NCBI GenBank assembly: GCA_035084275.1
Contig: CM068743.1
Coordinates: 43,772,001 to 43,836,000 of the forward strand
DNA: 64,000 nucleotides
From: Hydrolagus colliei
Taxonomy: Eukaryota
Direction: 5' to 3'
Position numbers and translations under genes: made by a program. How positions within the stretch are numbered: position 1 is the stretch's first letter; each line of letters begins with the position of its first letter. Under the pieces are notes generated by a model. The model was not told where the DNA came from and did not search any database. It worked only from the letters and a program-made list of their open reading frames with translations. Shown one piece after another: positions 37,612 to 49,819 of the stretch.

Positions 37612-38880
37612 AGATACAACAATTTGTATTTATATAGCGCACTTCACACTGGATGGCATCTCAGAGCACTTCCCAATAATCGAATAGGAGGGTCACAAGG
37701 TGGTACTTCAAAGAGGCTAGGGAGGGGACAACGCAGAAGAACTGTGGGATGGAGTTCCAGAGGTTGGGGGCAGAGTGGCTGAAGGCTTGCCCGCCAATGG
37801 TGGAGCCAGTGGGTTGGGGGACGTGGAGCAGGCTGGAGGCTGCTGAGCGGAGGCGCAGGCAGGTTGGAGTTGAGTTAGGTGGTCGCAGAGGTAGGGTGGG
37901 GTGAGGCCATGGAGGGCTTCGAAGGTGAGGACCAGGATCTTGAATTGAATCCTCTGGGTGATGGGGAGCCAATGGAGTCAGGCAAGGAAGTGGGAGATGG
38001 GGTTACGAAGCTTGGAGCGGTGGAAGACACAGGCCACTGAGTTCTGGATTATCTACAGCCTATGGAGGGAGGGATTGGGAAGGCCAACAAGCAGAGTGTT
38101 GGCGTAGTTGAGCCGGGATATGATGAAGGAGTTTCAGTGACCTGAGGGGTGAGGTAGTGGCTGAATATTGCGGAGGTGAGGTAAGGCAGAGCAGGTCATT
38201 GCTTGGATATGGGGGAGGAAAGACAATTGAGGATCGAACAAGAAACTTAGGTTCCTGACTGGCTTGGTGAGGTTGAGTCTGCCTCGGTCTTGTTAACGTT
38301 CATCTGTAGAAAGTTAGCTCTCATCATTGGTTTCTGACTGGCTGTCGGTCAGGACAGCAGTAGTCCGGGAGTTGAGAGTAGAGGCATAAAAATAGAGTTG
38401 GGTGTCATCCGCATACATGTGGAAGTAGACCCCATATCTGCGGATGATGTCACCATGGAGAAGCATGTAGATATTGAAATGTACTGGGCCAAGGATAGAA
38501 TCCTGGGTGATGCCACAGGTGACAATGCGTGGGTTGGAAGAGAAGCCATTTGTGGCCACAACGTGGAGATGGTGAGAAAGGTAAGAGTCGAACCAGGCAA
38601 GGGCAGTTTCGTGAAGGTTGAGCTGAGAGGAAAGGTGGTGCAGGAGGATGCAGTGGTCGACAGTATCAAAGGCAGCAGTGAGGTCAAAGAGGATAAGGGG
38701 GCTGAGAGAGTCCTGATCAGAGATGTTTAAAATGTCATTGGAGACTTTGACCACTCCTTTCTCCATACTATGAGCAGCACGAAAGCCGGATTGTAGGAGT
38801 TTGAAGAAGGTATGGCGAGAAAGAAAGTAGTGAAGCTGGGAAGCAACAATTCATTCCAGGGTCTTAGAGAGGAATGGGAG
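37612..38880 (-). mobile_element. L2 LINE fragment (RT to 3' end)
   Basis: Peptides LPFLSKTLE, FDLTAAFDTVDH, FHMYADDTQLY and AFSHSAPNLWNS; L2 tail at 37612-37670. Confidence 0.93.
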
Positions 38881-38993
38881 TAGAAAGGGTACTGGGAATC
38901 TGGAACTCTCTTCCCAAAAAATCTGTGCATGTAGGACCCTTTCAAATATTCCACACATAGATGTATAGATTCTTGTTGGGTAAGGGTATAAAG

Positions 38994-40530
38994 TAGGGAA
39001 CGGCGATATATCGGTATATCGGTTAAACCCGATATGATTTTCATATCGGTATGCCAATATAGACATTTTAAAAATACCGATATATCGAAAAACTGTATAT
39101 CGAGGTAAAAAATGGGGATGCGAGCACAATCAACTACAAGACCCAGAATGCTCATCTCTATACACAATGCACAGACCGAGGTGCAAAGCCGCCATCTTGT
39201 ATTCATAGTCCTCGAATACATAATACAGGAATGCAAGGGGTGGGGGAAGAGAGACGGCTGTGGGTGGGGGGGGTGAGGCAGAGAGAGACTGCTGGGGGTG
39301 GGGTTGAGGGGGAGAGAGACTGCTGGGGGGGGGGGGGGGTGAGGGGGAGAGAGACGGCTGGGGGGGGTTGAGGGGGAGAGAGACGGCTGGGGGGAGGGCG
39401 AGATAGACGGCTGGGGGTGAGAGGGGGAGAGAGACGGCTGGGGGTGGGAGAGGGGGAGAGGTATGGCTGGGGTGGGGAGAGGGGGAGAGGTACGGCTGGG
39501 TGGGGAGGAGAGGGGGAGAGAGACGGCTGGGGGGAGGAGGAGAGGGGGAGAGAGACGGTTGGGGGGAGGGGGAAATAGACGGCTGGGGTGGGAGAGGGGG
39601 GAGAGACGGCGGGGGGGGGGGAGAGGGGGAGAGAGACGGCTGGGGGGGGCAGAGGGCAGAGAGACGGCTGCGGGGGGGAGAGGGGGAGAGAGACGGCTGT
39701 GGGGGAGAAGGGGAGAGAGATGGCTGTGGGGGAGAGGGGGAGAGAGATGGCTGGGGGGGAGAGGGGGAGAGAGATGGCTGGGGTGGAGAGGGGGAGAGAG
39801 ACGGCTGGGGGTGGTGGTGGAGAGAGATGGCTGGGGGGGGAGGGAGAGTGATACGGCGGGGGGGGGGGGGGAGGAGAGGGAGAGAGAGACGGCTTGGGGG
39901 AGAGAGACGGCTGGGGGTGGAGGGAGAGAGAGATGGCGGGGGGGGGGAGGAGAGGGGGAGTGAGATGGCTGGGGGGAGGGGGAGAGAGACGGCTGGGGGG
40001 GGGGAGAGAGAGAGACGGCGGGGGTGGGGGGGTGGAGAGTGGGAGAGAGACAGCTGGGAGGAGGGGGAGAGAGACGGCTGGGGGGGGGGAGAGAGAGAGA
40101 CGGCGGGGGTGGGGGGGTGGAGAGTGGGAGAGAGACAGCTGGGAGGAGGGGGAGAGAGACGGCTCGGGGGTGAGGGAGAGAGAGACGGCGTGGGGGGGGG
40201 GGGAGGGAGAAAGAGACAGCTGGGGGGGTGGTGGAGGAGAGAGACGACGGGGGTGGGGGTTGCGAGAGAGGATGTGATAATATACAGATAGATAGAGATG
40301 GGGGGGATGTGAGGGAGGAGAGAGGGAGAGAGACATAGAGAGACACAGACAGAAAAACACAGAGATGGAGAGAGTGAGAGACACAGCGCGCGCACCCGGA
40401 ATTCGCGCACACTCCGATGCACGCGCGCATGCGCAGTACGAAAAACTGAAAATATCGGTATTTCGGTATATCTCGATATGAGGTAACCGATATATCCATA
40501 TCCGGAAAATTCCCATATCGCCGTTCCCTA
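38994..40530 (-). mobile_element. Non-autonomous hAT DNA transposon, copy 2 (1537 bp), inverted relative to copy 1
   Basis: Perfect 16-bp TIR TAGGGAACGGCGATAT / ATATCGCCGTTCCCTA; 8-bp TSD GTATAAAG (38986-38993 and 40531-40538); non-repetitive ends colinear with copy 1. Confidence 0.97.
39238..40262. repeat. G-rich minisatellite (core ggggagagagacggctgggg) inside hAT copy 2
   Basis: About 1 kb of tandem variable units; reverse complement of the array in copy 1. Confidence 0.95.
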
Positions 40531-41021
40531 GTATAAAGTAATGTGGTGTTAAGGGCAGGTAATTGGAGTTGAGGTACAGACCAACAATGATTTAACAGAA
40601 TAGCAGAACAAGCTTGAAGGACTGAATAGCCTATTCCTATTTCTGTGTTCCTATGACAGTCCAAGGTTTGAAGATAGAGTTACAGGCCGAGTAGTAGAGG
40701 GCAAAGGTAGTTGTGGTGGAGAGATGGCGAAGAGCGTGGACAAAGAGGAATGTGTTGAGGGACCTTAAACGTGTTGAGAGAAAGAATGAATCAAAGATTG
40801 AAATTCTGGATAGTGGAGGCAAAAAGCTGAAAGCCAGACCACTGATATTGGGGCATGAAGCAGGCCCATGCTTGCTGAGTAGAGGGAGCAAGTGGGTTGG
40901 TAGGGTGGGACTTTGGATGAAAATTTAAAAGGGCTTCACCGTATATACTGTAAAGTGTAATGACTGTGTATTTGTAGGCAAGGTGTTGAGGGTGCAGTGT
41001 TTTCTACAGATAATAATATTA

Positions 41022-41390
41022 CAGTAAAAGCACATTTATCTGGCACCCTCTGGGGGGGATCTACTAATTGACTGTGTTGGATAATCGGGCGGCAAGTTGC
41101 CGAAAACCCAACGCAAAAAATGTACTTATTTTTAAACATACCATATTAATAATATACTAAATAGTAACAGAATATTGTATGAATACTTACCAATAAAGAT
41201 TCCAGCACGCTCGGTAAAATGATCGGTAAAGAAGCATTTTTTACCTATCGATAAAAACCCAGAGTTTGTAAATTTAATAAGTGCACATGTGCAAAGTGAG
41301 CATACTCGGGATTGCTGGAATGGGGAATTGCCCCGGGAGGGGGGTCACGCAATCCGGTCGATCAGGTCATGGATAAACAAGCTTTTACTG
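41022..41390. mobile_element. Tc1/mariner superfamily (pogo/Tigger-like) MITE
   Basis: TA-CAGTAAAAGCACATTTATC ... GATAAACAAGCTTTTACTG-TA (16/19 TIR match, TA target duplication); appears to lie inside a SINE remnant (about 40930-41010 and 41400-41570). Confidence 0.85.
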
Positions 41391-43548
41391 TACTTAGTTA
41401 TATGCGCACAGCAGTGTCCTGCAAACAATCATGTAGCATATTATCAATATTATCAGTCAAGCAATAGTTAGGCAGAACATCAGAAAAACCTCCTTCTCAT
41501 TTTGAATCATACATTAGCGTCCATATGTACAGGCAGACAGAACCTTGGTTTAACAACTCATTGAGCAACGACTCACATTATGCAAAAAGTCACAATATTT
41601 CATTGACATCCAATTAAAACTGTGCTTGGGAAACATTTTTACCAAAATGACAGCGTTCCGACCTAGTGAAAGCGGTTTCAGATACCATTCATGAATACAA
41701 TTAACACAAAATCTTTCATTGATATATTAGTGTGTTCAAGTGGGAATGCAAACCAATGAACACATTGTTGATTCAATAGTCTATTGTTTGCTTAATGTAT
41801 CTATTTGTATGTTCAGGGATTACCCTCATATATACACTGGATAAGCTTGCTCGTTTTCTTATTCATGGTCAGTTATCCATTGAACCTATTTCTCTATCTC
41901 ACCTTCTCTTCTCAGCTCTAACCTGACTTATTTTCCACTTGTCACTATACAAGCTTGAAGCTCATGTTTGGCTCAGTTTGATCTCCACATTTGAAACGGC
42001 TATAATATTGGGAAGATCTTAGAAGTGTGACAATTTCCTTTTCAGCTGTATTCTTCAATGTATCAATGAAGGAGAAATGTCTTTAAACATTTATATAGGA
42101 GAGTAATAGATGCGAAATGGAGGAAATGATGGGGGCAGGCATTTGATGTGTATTTGACAACTGAATTGCAGAAAATCACTGTAGAATTTAAGACATTTAG
42201 CATTGCTGAACCAGTGCTCTGTGTTATGACAATATGAAGTGGACATACTCTCTTCTCAGCAATGCTCAGCACGAAAAATGACAAGAATCATTTGTAATTA
42301 ATTCTCCCTCTTTAAATCTTCCTTTTTTTTCCAGAATGATTGTAGTTGGTAGCAGGACACCATGCTTAGATAATTAACAAAAACACTGCAGGATGCTGAT
42401 AGCACAGCAGCCAATGTCTACCATTTACAGAGATGAAGGAAAGCAACATAATTATTCAGTTCAACAATGATACTACAGAGATTTGAAAATATGAAAGTAG
42501 TTGATTAGGCAATTCCACGCCAGAGCACTTTTATCTTGAAAGGCAAAAAGATTCAGGAAGTGGTCTTTTGTAAGAGCAGTCTTTAGTATGGGGTTATTTA
42601 AATCCTTAAATTTGTGGATTTATTCAGGCTGCTCTTCATGAAAATAGAATGAGTCTGGATACACATTTTGTTGCTTTCTTCCATTTTATTGCTATCTTAT
42701 AATGCAAAATTGTAGTATACATCTACCCCTTCTCATAATTTTCATGTCATACAAGTTCAGGATCAAGTAGAGCATGCCCCGAATGGCTGATGCCAATATG
42801 CGATGACCTTTTCGATGTCTTTGAAAATGGTCCACAAATATTCTCAGAAAGCTCTAGATTGAAACTACATTTTTTCAATTCCTTCTCATTGTCCATTATC
42901 TGGTAAACTTTAGATGCAACACTGACAGTAATTCATCACAAATCTAATGAGGTGGGACCTATTACTAAAGCTGGATATATATTCCTGCCTCCTGGTACTT
43001 GGCAGTTCTCTATATTGTGTTCAAGACTTGGTTTCCTTATTAAAGAATGTCATTAATAAACACCACAAATTAAATCCTAATATCCTGTTTTATCTTCTGA
43101 CTAATTGCATACAATGTACAATGATTAAAGGGCACCATTGGATGGTTACACAAACGCTCAGTGATTCATCACATGTTTGCTATAGCTTTTATTTTACAGA
43201 GCTTATTAATATTTCAAGTAATAATTGGTAAGGATGCAGGCTGGATTCAAATACAAATTCTAACAACTAAGCAAAAGCAAAATACTGAATATAGTAAAAT
43301 TAACAGTTAAATAATTAAATTGTGCTTTTAGCAAGTATGTTCACATGTAAGTATGCTCTGCATTGTTTAATCCTGAGAGATATGCATGCAATGGTGACAG
43401 TTTTAGACACAATTTCTTGTTAAACCCATACAACTGAAGAAAGTAAAATAAACAGATGAATTCTAGAATGTTTTGAAATATAGAATTTGGGCAGATTTTC
43501 TTTTCATTTTCTGATTTCACATAGTATGAATGAATTTTGAATTTAATA

Positions 43549-43858
43549 AAATAAATAATAATAATCCTAGAATTTGGTATAGCGCTTTTCATATCTCCTG
43601 GATGTCTCTAAGCGCTTCACAGAATATACTGTCAAGTAAATTGACAGCATATTTGTGGGCGAAACGCGGCAGCCAATTGTGCACAGCAGTGTCCCACGAA
43701 CCGTCGTGGATTGAAATTACCTATTTTTTTTTAGGGATTATTATTAGATGTGTGGAGTAAGGAAATTTTCCCAAGGTTTCGCCCTGACCTGCCTGGATTC
43801 GAAAATAGGTCTCACTGCTTGTAAGGCAAGTGCTCTAACCACTGAGCTACTGGACTCC
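43549..43858 (-). mobile_element. Full-length tRNA-derived SINE
   Basis: Same head, core and tail as 18582-18898 and 35169-35477; CpGs retained (gcgaaacgcggcagcc). Confidence 0.92.
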
Positions 43859-44499
43859 ACAATTTATACGATATGAACTGTCAACAGGAAATCTCAACTA
43901 CTATTGAAATTCTAAATCTGAATTTTCCCTTTTAGATGACAGTTCCTTTCCATTCAGAAACTGAAATTTGACCACATATCTAGGTATGTTTGTTTTTTAT
44001 CTGCTTTGAGAATCTCAGCGGGGTCCATTTTACTTGATGGTGTAACTTTTCATTCATCAACCCTGGTAATTGATATTGTGAGTTCAAAGATGAAAATATT
44101 GAAAATTGATTTTCAGAGACTTGTGAAATTTAGGATCTACAATCTGTTCACTTTTGAAAAATGCAGTTAAACCGGGTTAGATGTTTTCAAAGACATGAAT
44201 TGGTCCATGAGTATGCACTATGAATAAACTACAAAGTTTGTGTCCAAGTGAAACAAAGGAATTACTAGCCTGTAGAGTGTGGCATTGTATGTCATGATTC
44301 CATTGACCCTATGGGTAGAGTTGCTTTCTTCTGCGCTGTAAATTTCTATGTCATTGGCTATCTTTAGGCTAACTTACTGTGATAGAGTGTGTGGAGAAAT
44401 TAACCACCTTCGCCACAGGCATGATCAAAGAGTTGAAAGCAACTTGATGTGTTTGGAGGATGGTAGGGATGTGTTCAGGTTGGTTGAATGGCTGTTCTT

Positions 44500-45030
44500 G
44501 TGAGCTAAACATTTAGGTGATGGATGTAAAGGGAGCAAAATAAAGGAGTTGGGACAGAAAGTTCCAGAGGGTGAGGATTGGTTGACTGAAGGCTTGTTCA
44601 CCAATGGTGGGGTAGTGAAGGCAGGGAACTTGTAGCAGACCTGAACTTACTGAGTAGAGGGGGGATGAGCAAAAATGGGCAGTCAGAGATGATCTCAGAG
44701 ATAGGGAAGTTGAGAGTGTTCTGATCAACTGCCAGTCAGACATCAAGATCTATGTGAATCTTAACTTTCTCAAACTCAATATTAATGTATGTGAGGCTAT
44801 CGTGCTCAGCTCCCATCAGTACCTCTGCACCTCAAGCATCTACTGCATTGATGTCCTTGGTTATTTCCTCCAAATCACAGAGCCTGTGCAGAATCTATTT
44901 TTATTTTGTTCAATGCTCAACTCTCCTGCATCTAAACAAGTTTATTTTTTCATCTTAGTAATATCACTTGTCCCCTCCATTACCTCTCCCCCAATACAAA
45001 AACACTCATCCACAACTTTGTCACTTCTTC
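44500..45030. mobile_element. L2 fragment with an internal inversion (minus 44500-44720, plus 44720-45030)
   Basis: Minus: PTIGEQAFS...LWN; plus: NFLKLN...aaaacactcatccacaactttgtcac. Confidence 0.6.
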
Positions 45031-45164
45031 CCTCAAACTCGTTATATTTGGAACGGGGGTGCTGAGGGGAGTGTGGAATGGGGTTAAAGAGAAGGAGGGA
45101 AGTTGTATTTTGTGGTTGGAAAGAGTAGCTTGAGATTTTCCGTGGCCTTTAGGATGACCATACA

Positions 45165-45400
45165 ATCCAATCCAAAATTGTATTTGTATAGCACCTTTAC
45201 ATGGGGATGACATCCCAAGGCACTGGACATTCAGAGACTTGGACCCGGGCTGGTGGATGTGATCAGTGAGGGTAGAGGGCAGGGAGGTTTGGAGGGTGCT
45301 CAAAGCCGCAGTTGAAAAGAGGGTTTTGAGACATGCCTTCAAGGAGGCAAGGGAGGGAGTGAGGTGAAGAACCATGGTGCAGAAAGAGGTATTCATCAGA
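45165..45400 (-). mobile_element. L2 3' end fragment
   Basis: ttgtatagcacctttaca...catcccaaggcactg; peptide SLASLKACLKT. Confidence 0.85.
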
Positions 45401-45747
45401 GTGGCAGCAGTTTTGTTCAAGCAAATTTAGCAATGGACAATAAAACTGCTTTTGTGGTACTTTGCCCATGGGATTCAGATTGAGAGAATGCAGGTGAAAG
45501 TTGAACACAAACTAGCTGGTCAAACATTTATAGGATATTTTTTAAAATATTATTTCTATAATATTCATGTTTTGTGATGGTCACAAAAGTCTACATTTTC
45601 GGTAACTGCATAATACTCAATAAATGCTTCATATTTCGAATTGTCATATTGTTATCCCTTAGTTCATTTCACTTATTGAGAACCCAAGATTAAAAGCATA
45701 TATCATTTCCACTGGCAAGACATTTCAAGGGAACTATGTGAGTAGAA

Positions 45748-45769
45748 CCCCCCCCCCCCCCCCCCCCCC
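45748..45769. repeat. Poly-C run (22 nt)
   Basis: Seen directly. Confidence 0.95.
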
Positions 45770-48700
45770 GCCCTCCCAAATGATGACATGTTCTCATTGA
45801 GAATCTATTTCATGTGTTTATAAGTATAATAAATCACTGAGAATAATAGGATATGATAGATGTGATTTTATCATTTTAGAGTTATCAATTCTGCCTCACA
45901 TGGTTAATTATCATAGCATATGGCTTGTCATGTTATATCTTTTAAATATTTCTGTCGGTTGGATTTTTTTTCTCATAGAAAATATGTTGGTAATTCTCTG
46001 TTTAAAGTTTCTAAAATCCTTAACCTTTTGATATGTGGAAGAGAAAATAGGAGACATTTGTTTACAGCAGAACAGAAACAGTATTATGCACATAATGTTT
46101 TACTATTTTCTGTAATTGGGATACAGTATTGTGTAATTTTCTGTAACTCAATAGGATTCGCAAGCGAAGGAGCCATTAAGTAGGAGCATTTAAACATCTG
46201 AGATTTACCTTATAATGTGATCCATTGATTCTGTGCAATGCAACAAGATGCCCTTACAAAATGAGAAAATGGAAATTAATTGAAACAAAGAAAAAGAAAA
46301 AGTAATTTTAAGTCAAATACAGATACAGTTTGGAAACCCGTTGGAATGGAATAAAGCTTGATCCAACATACTCTAACCCAGGATCTCATCCTACCCCTCT
46401 ATAGACTGATTCAGAAATTCAGGTTGATAAAGTGTGGACGTGAGGAAAGCAAATTATAAAACTGTTATAAATGATTAAAAGTGACTAAATATGTAGAATG
46501 GCTAATACATAATAATAGATTTGGATGCAGCATCTCATCACATCATCCTAATGTCTCAAAGTTCACAAGATTTATAGTGACTGTGATTTTCGTCTCTGTG
46601 CTTCCCATATGGGTGTAATGCAAACTGATCATTTGACAGCTAGCACTGAGTGAAACTTTACTCCACTCAAATATTTAAACTGATAATTAGTTATACTCAA
46701 GAATGAGCAGGACTCCATGTCCCATGAGTGATTATTAGCTACCTTCAATATATTTAATGGATGTTTTACCCATTTATTGGATTAACTGGCACCTTGACAT
46801 TTGTAGACATGTGCATTTCCCTGAAATGATATAGCAGCTATTTTGTATTCATCGTTGTCAACACAAGGTGTCTAGAAACAAATGTTGTGTTATAAGATTA
46901 TTATTGAGGCCTTGAAGGATTTATCACTTGATTATTCCTGACAGTCTGTGACTATATCAAGGTAGTATCAACTAACTACCACAAGAGTGTTAAGTGAAGA
47001 ATTAATTTAAACCCATACCTTGATGTGAAGAATATCAAAATTTTCACACCATTCACACAAACTTTGAACAAATTCTTCCAACAAAAAATTGAATGCCGTA
47101 TTATATACTGTACTTAAAAATTATTTATTTTCTCCGTAAAATTGTATTTACACATTGTTTACACAACCAGCAAATAAAATCTCAAGTGCCACTGAATATT
47201 TCCACTATTACTGCAACTCAGACATTTGCACCAATTGAACTTAAAGAGTTGATTAAATTTAACACAAAATCAATTGCGTTATTTAACAGGGAGTTCAAAC
47301 TGTTGTTGTTGATACGTGCAAATATAATACCAAATTACATTTGTATAGTGCCTTTCACATCAGGATGCCATCACAAGATGCTGAACAGTCAGGGATTTGG
47401 ACCCAAGCATAGAGAGGTGGGGGAGAGTGGGAGTTGAAGTCAGGGAGGGTGGAGGGCAGAGAGAGTAGCCAGTGACTGATAACATGGTCAGAGATGAGTT
47501 TTCCCAGCTTTCTGTTTTTTTTTCAGATTTCCAGCATCTACTGTATTTTGTGTTTTATCTTTCCTCACATCCTGTTATTAATTCATAGTTTTATAACTAG
47601 TTTGATACAACCATGATGCATTAAATAAATTTCTATGCTATAATCCCTATTTAAATGGATTTATTAAACTAAAATGAATGGGTCATTCAAGTGATGAACA
47701 ATTGACAAATAATAAGCTAAAATTAATACCCAACCTAGGTATTGTTCCCTGATATTTAATTATTTGGTAATACAGTTAACAACAGCTTTGCGAATCTTGT
47801 GATCTGAATAACTGCAACTTTGAGACAAACTGTAATGGCTGTTGGTGTTCATGTTGAAAGACAAGAGAGGCAAAGAAAAAAAAATCCAAAGCTTAATAAA
47901 AACACCCATGAAGTTTGCATCTTATATCATGGAAAAAAAATAGATCTTCTGACGTGATTGTAATGTTTTAATCTCATTGTGGGATTCCAATGACTGCTAC
48001 AAACCATTTGAGCTTCACTCTTGTGAGGAACATCTGAAGTCTACAAATGGATTATTGTTGTGAATAACTACCAGATATCCACCAATACTTCACATTTCTG
48101 AATCTCTCACTGTACAAGCATTTCCATCGATGCAGGCTGATGGCACTGACAGTGAATAGTTAAATAGTTAAACAGAAGTTAGAAAATAGTGGAAATTACA
48201 CTTCAGTTGTGATGGAGTAGTGCTGTGGGGTTGAATAGGGAAGCAGCAACTCTAATAGTTATTTCTTAAGATTGAATACGTTACTGCAGTCTTTGAACAT
48301 TTGAAAGGTATATCACTTTTATTTTTCTGCATATAATAAAAGTATTTAAGATTTATGATGTCTTCCGAGTAACACTATTAGATTTTGAAACTGTAAAATT
48401 CAAATTTACGTGGCATTCCAGATCCATGCTGATGTTTATCCTGCTTTTTACAGATTTTGTTCAGATTTTGAATCTATTTTGTTTTGAACAAAATGTGATT
48501 TCTAAATGAAGTAGAAATGGAAGAATCACAAGTCACTGTACTGTGTTGATACATAAATCATTGGACTGACTGATCCTGAGGTTTCTGTGTTTGTAAACTG
48601 CCAACAGTTTGTGTTAATGATGTTTTAAAAACAATTTTCTATTTAGAAACAGACCACATCCCGCTAATAGATAAATGCACTATCTGGGTGGTAGAGTCTC

Positions 48701-49819
48701 ACAAGCAAAAAAATGTCTTCTGTAGTTGCCTCATAATACACAATTACTGTAGCTGACAGCTACCTTCTGTGAAGTGCTTTAAGATGATTTGACATTATAA
48801 GTGTACATCTAATGTAATGAATATTATAATCCTTGATGTATTATGAGTTATTTGATTGCAGTTGGCCATTGGTGTCGGGAACAAAAGAGATGTCACAACC
48901 AGTTTAGGAAAAATAAATATCAACTACTTTAACAACTCTACCTGAATACCTACACAGTTGTACACTGAACACAATTTAAATGTAATCCTGGAAAACAGTT
49001 TTAGGTTCAATCTTGATTTGGAAATAATTTTTCTGCAAGTCTTTTGCTGACTTCTCACCTTTTGGTGAATTCCAACTTATAGTTGCAATTTAGAATCTCG
49101 TTAACTATCTGAACAATGACTTCACAAGATAGGTCAAGAAAACGAAAAGCCATCAGTCTATTTAATGTCCAGAACACTTAGCTTCCAATCAAAGCATCAA
49201 GCTGTTTCTAGATGAGTCAATTTTCCTAGTTTTAACCACCCTTCATGGTAACCTATTGCAGTCATTAATCTGAGTAAAGAGTCCTTCCTGGTGTCTCTCC
49301 TCAACTTGCCCTTTGAAATTGTATACTTGTTTCCTCTTGAATATAAATTGACAGTTGACATGGAGTTGAGTGCTCAATGCCATTCTCAATGCACAGAGCC
49401 ATGAAGTTGAGATTGTGGCTTCACTCTGAGTGCTTTGTTCATCAAAAAGCTGTGATCCAACTAATCTGCAGTGGAAGCCATTTTTTTGTATCAGTTAGAT
49501 GCCTGACAAATGTGGAAGACCATCACTATGTTTAACAGTGTCCAAACCAAGCTGAGATTCCCATGCATCTACACATGAAAATTCCAGAGATAGATTGCTG
49601 TAGTGGTATGCACACTGTCTTACTCTCACCCTGCTTACTCTGGAAAGTATTAGCCTCGGGTTGGCAATAGGCTGCTGGACCCCAGCCTTGTAGTACCGTT
49701 AGAATCTAACCAGCTAAAACTGCATAGACATAGTACAGCTTGGATCACACTACCTGATAGTGCTTTAGCCTGCAAGTTTAACAGGAACTGAGTGGGAGGA
49801 TTTCCTGCCCCCAGTAACT

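Larger units (their letters stand above)
38881..40655 (+). mobile_element. CR1 3' fragment split by hAT copy 2
   Basis: tctggaactctcttccc...atagattcttg before the element; ggagttgagg...aatagcctattcct...gttcctatg after it. Confidence 0.75.

Noticed and set aside
38727-40664. 645-aa, 437-aa and 430-aa Pro/Ser-rich ORFs and their Gly/Arg/Glu-rich antisense ORFs
   Set aside because: Artefacts of a stop-poor minisatellite inside the hAT element; open in several frames on both strands; no transposase motifs
43936-43983. Plus-strand 48-nt segment with good acceptor and donor
   Set aside because: Stop codons in all three frames and no supporting neighbouring exons
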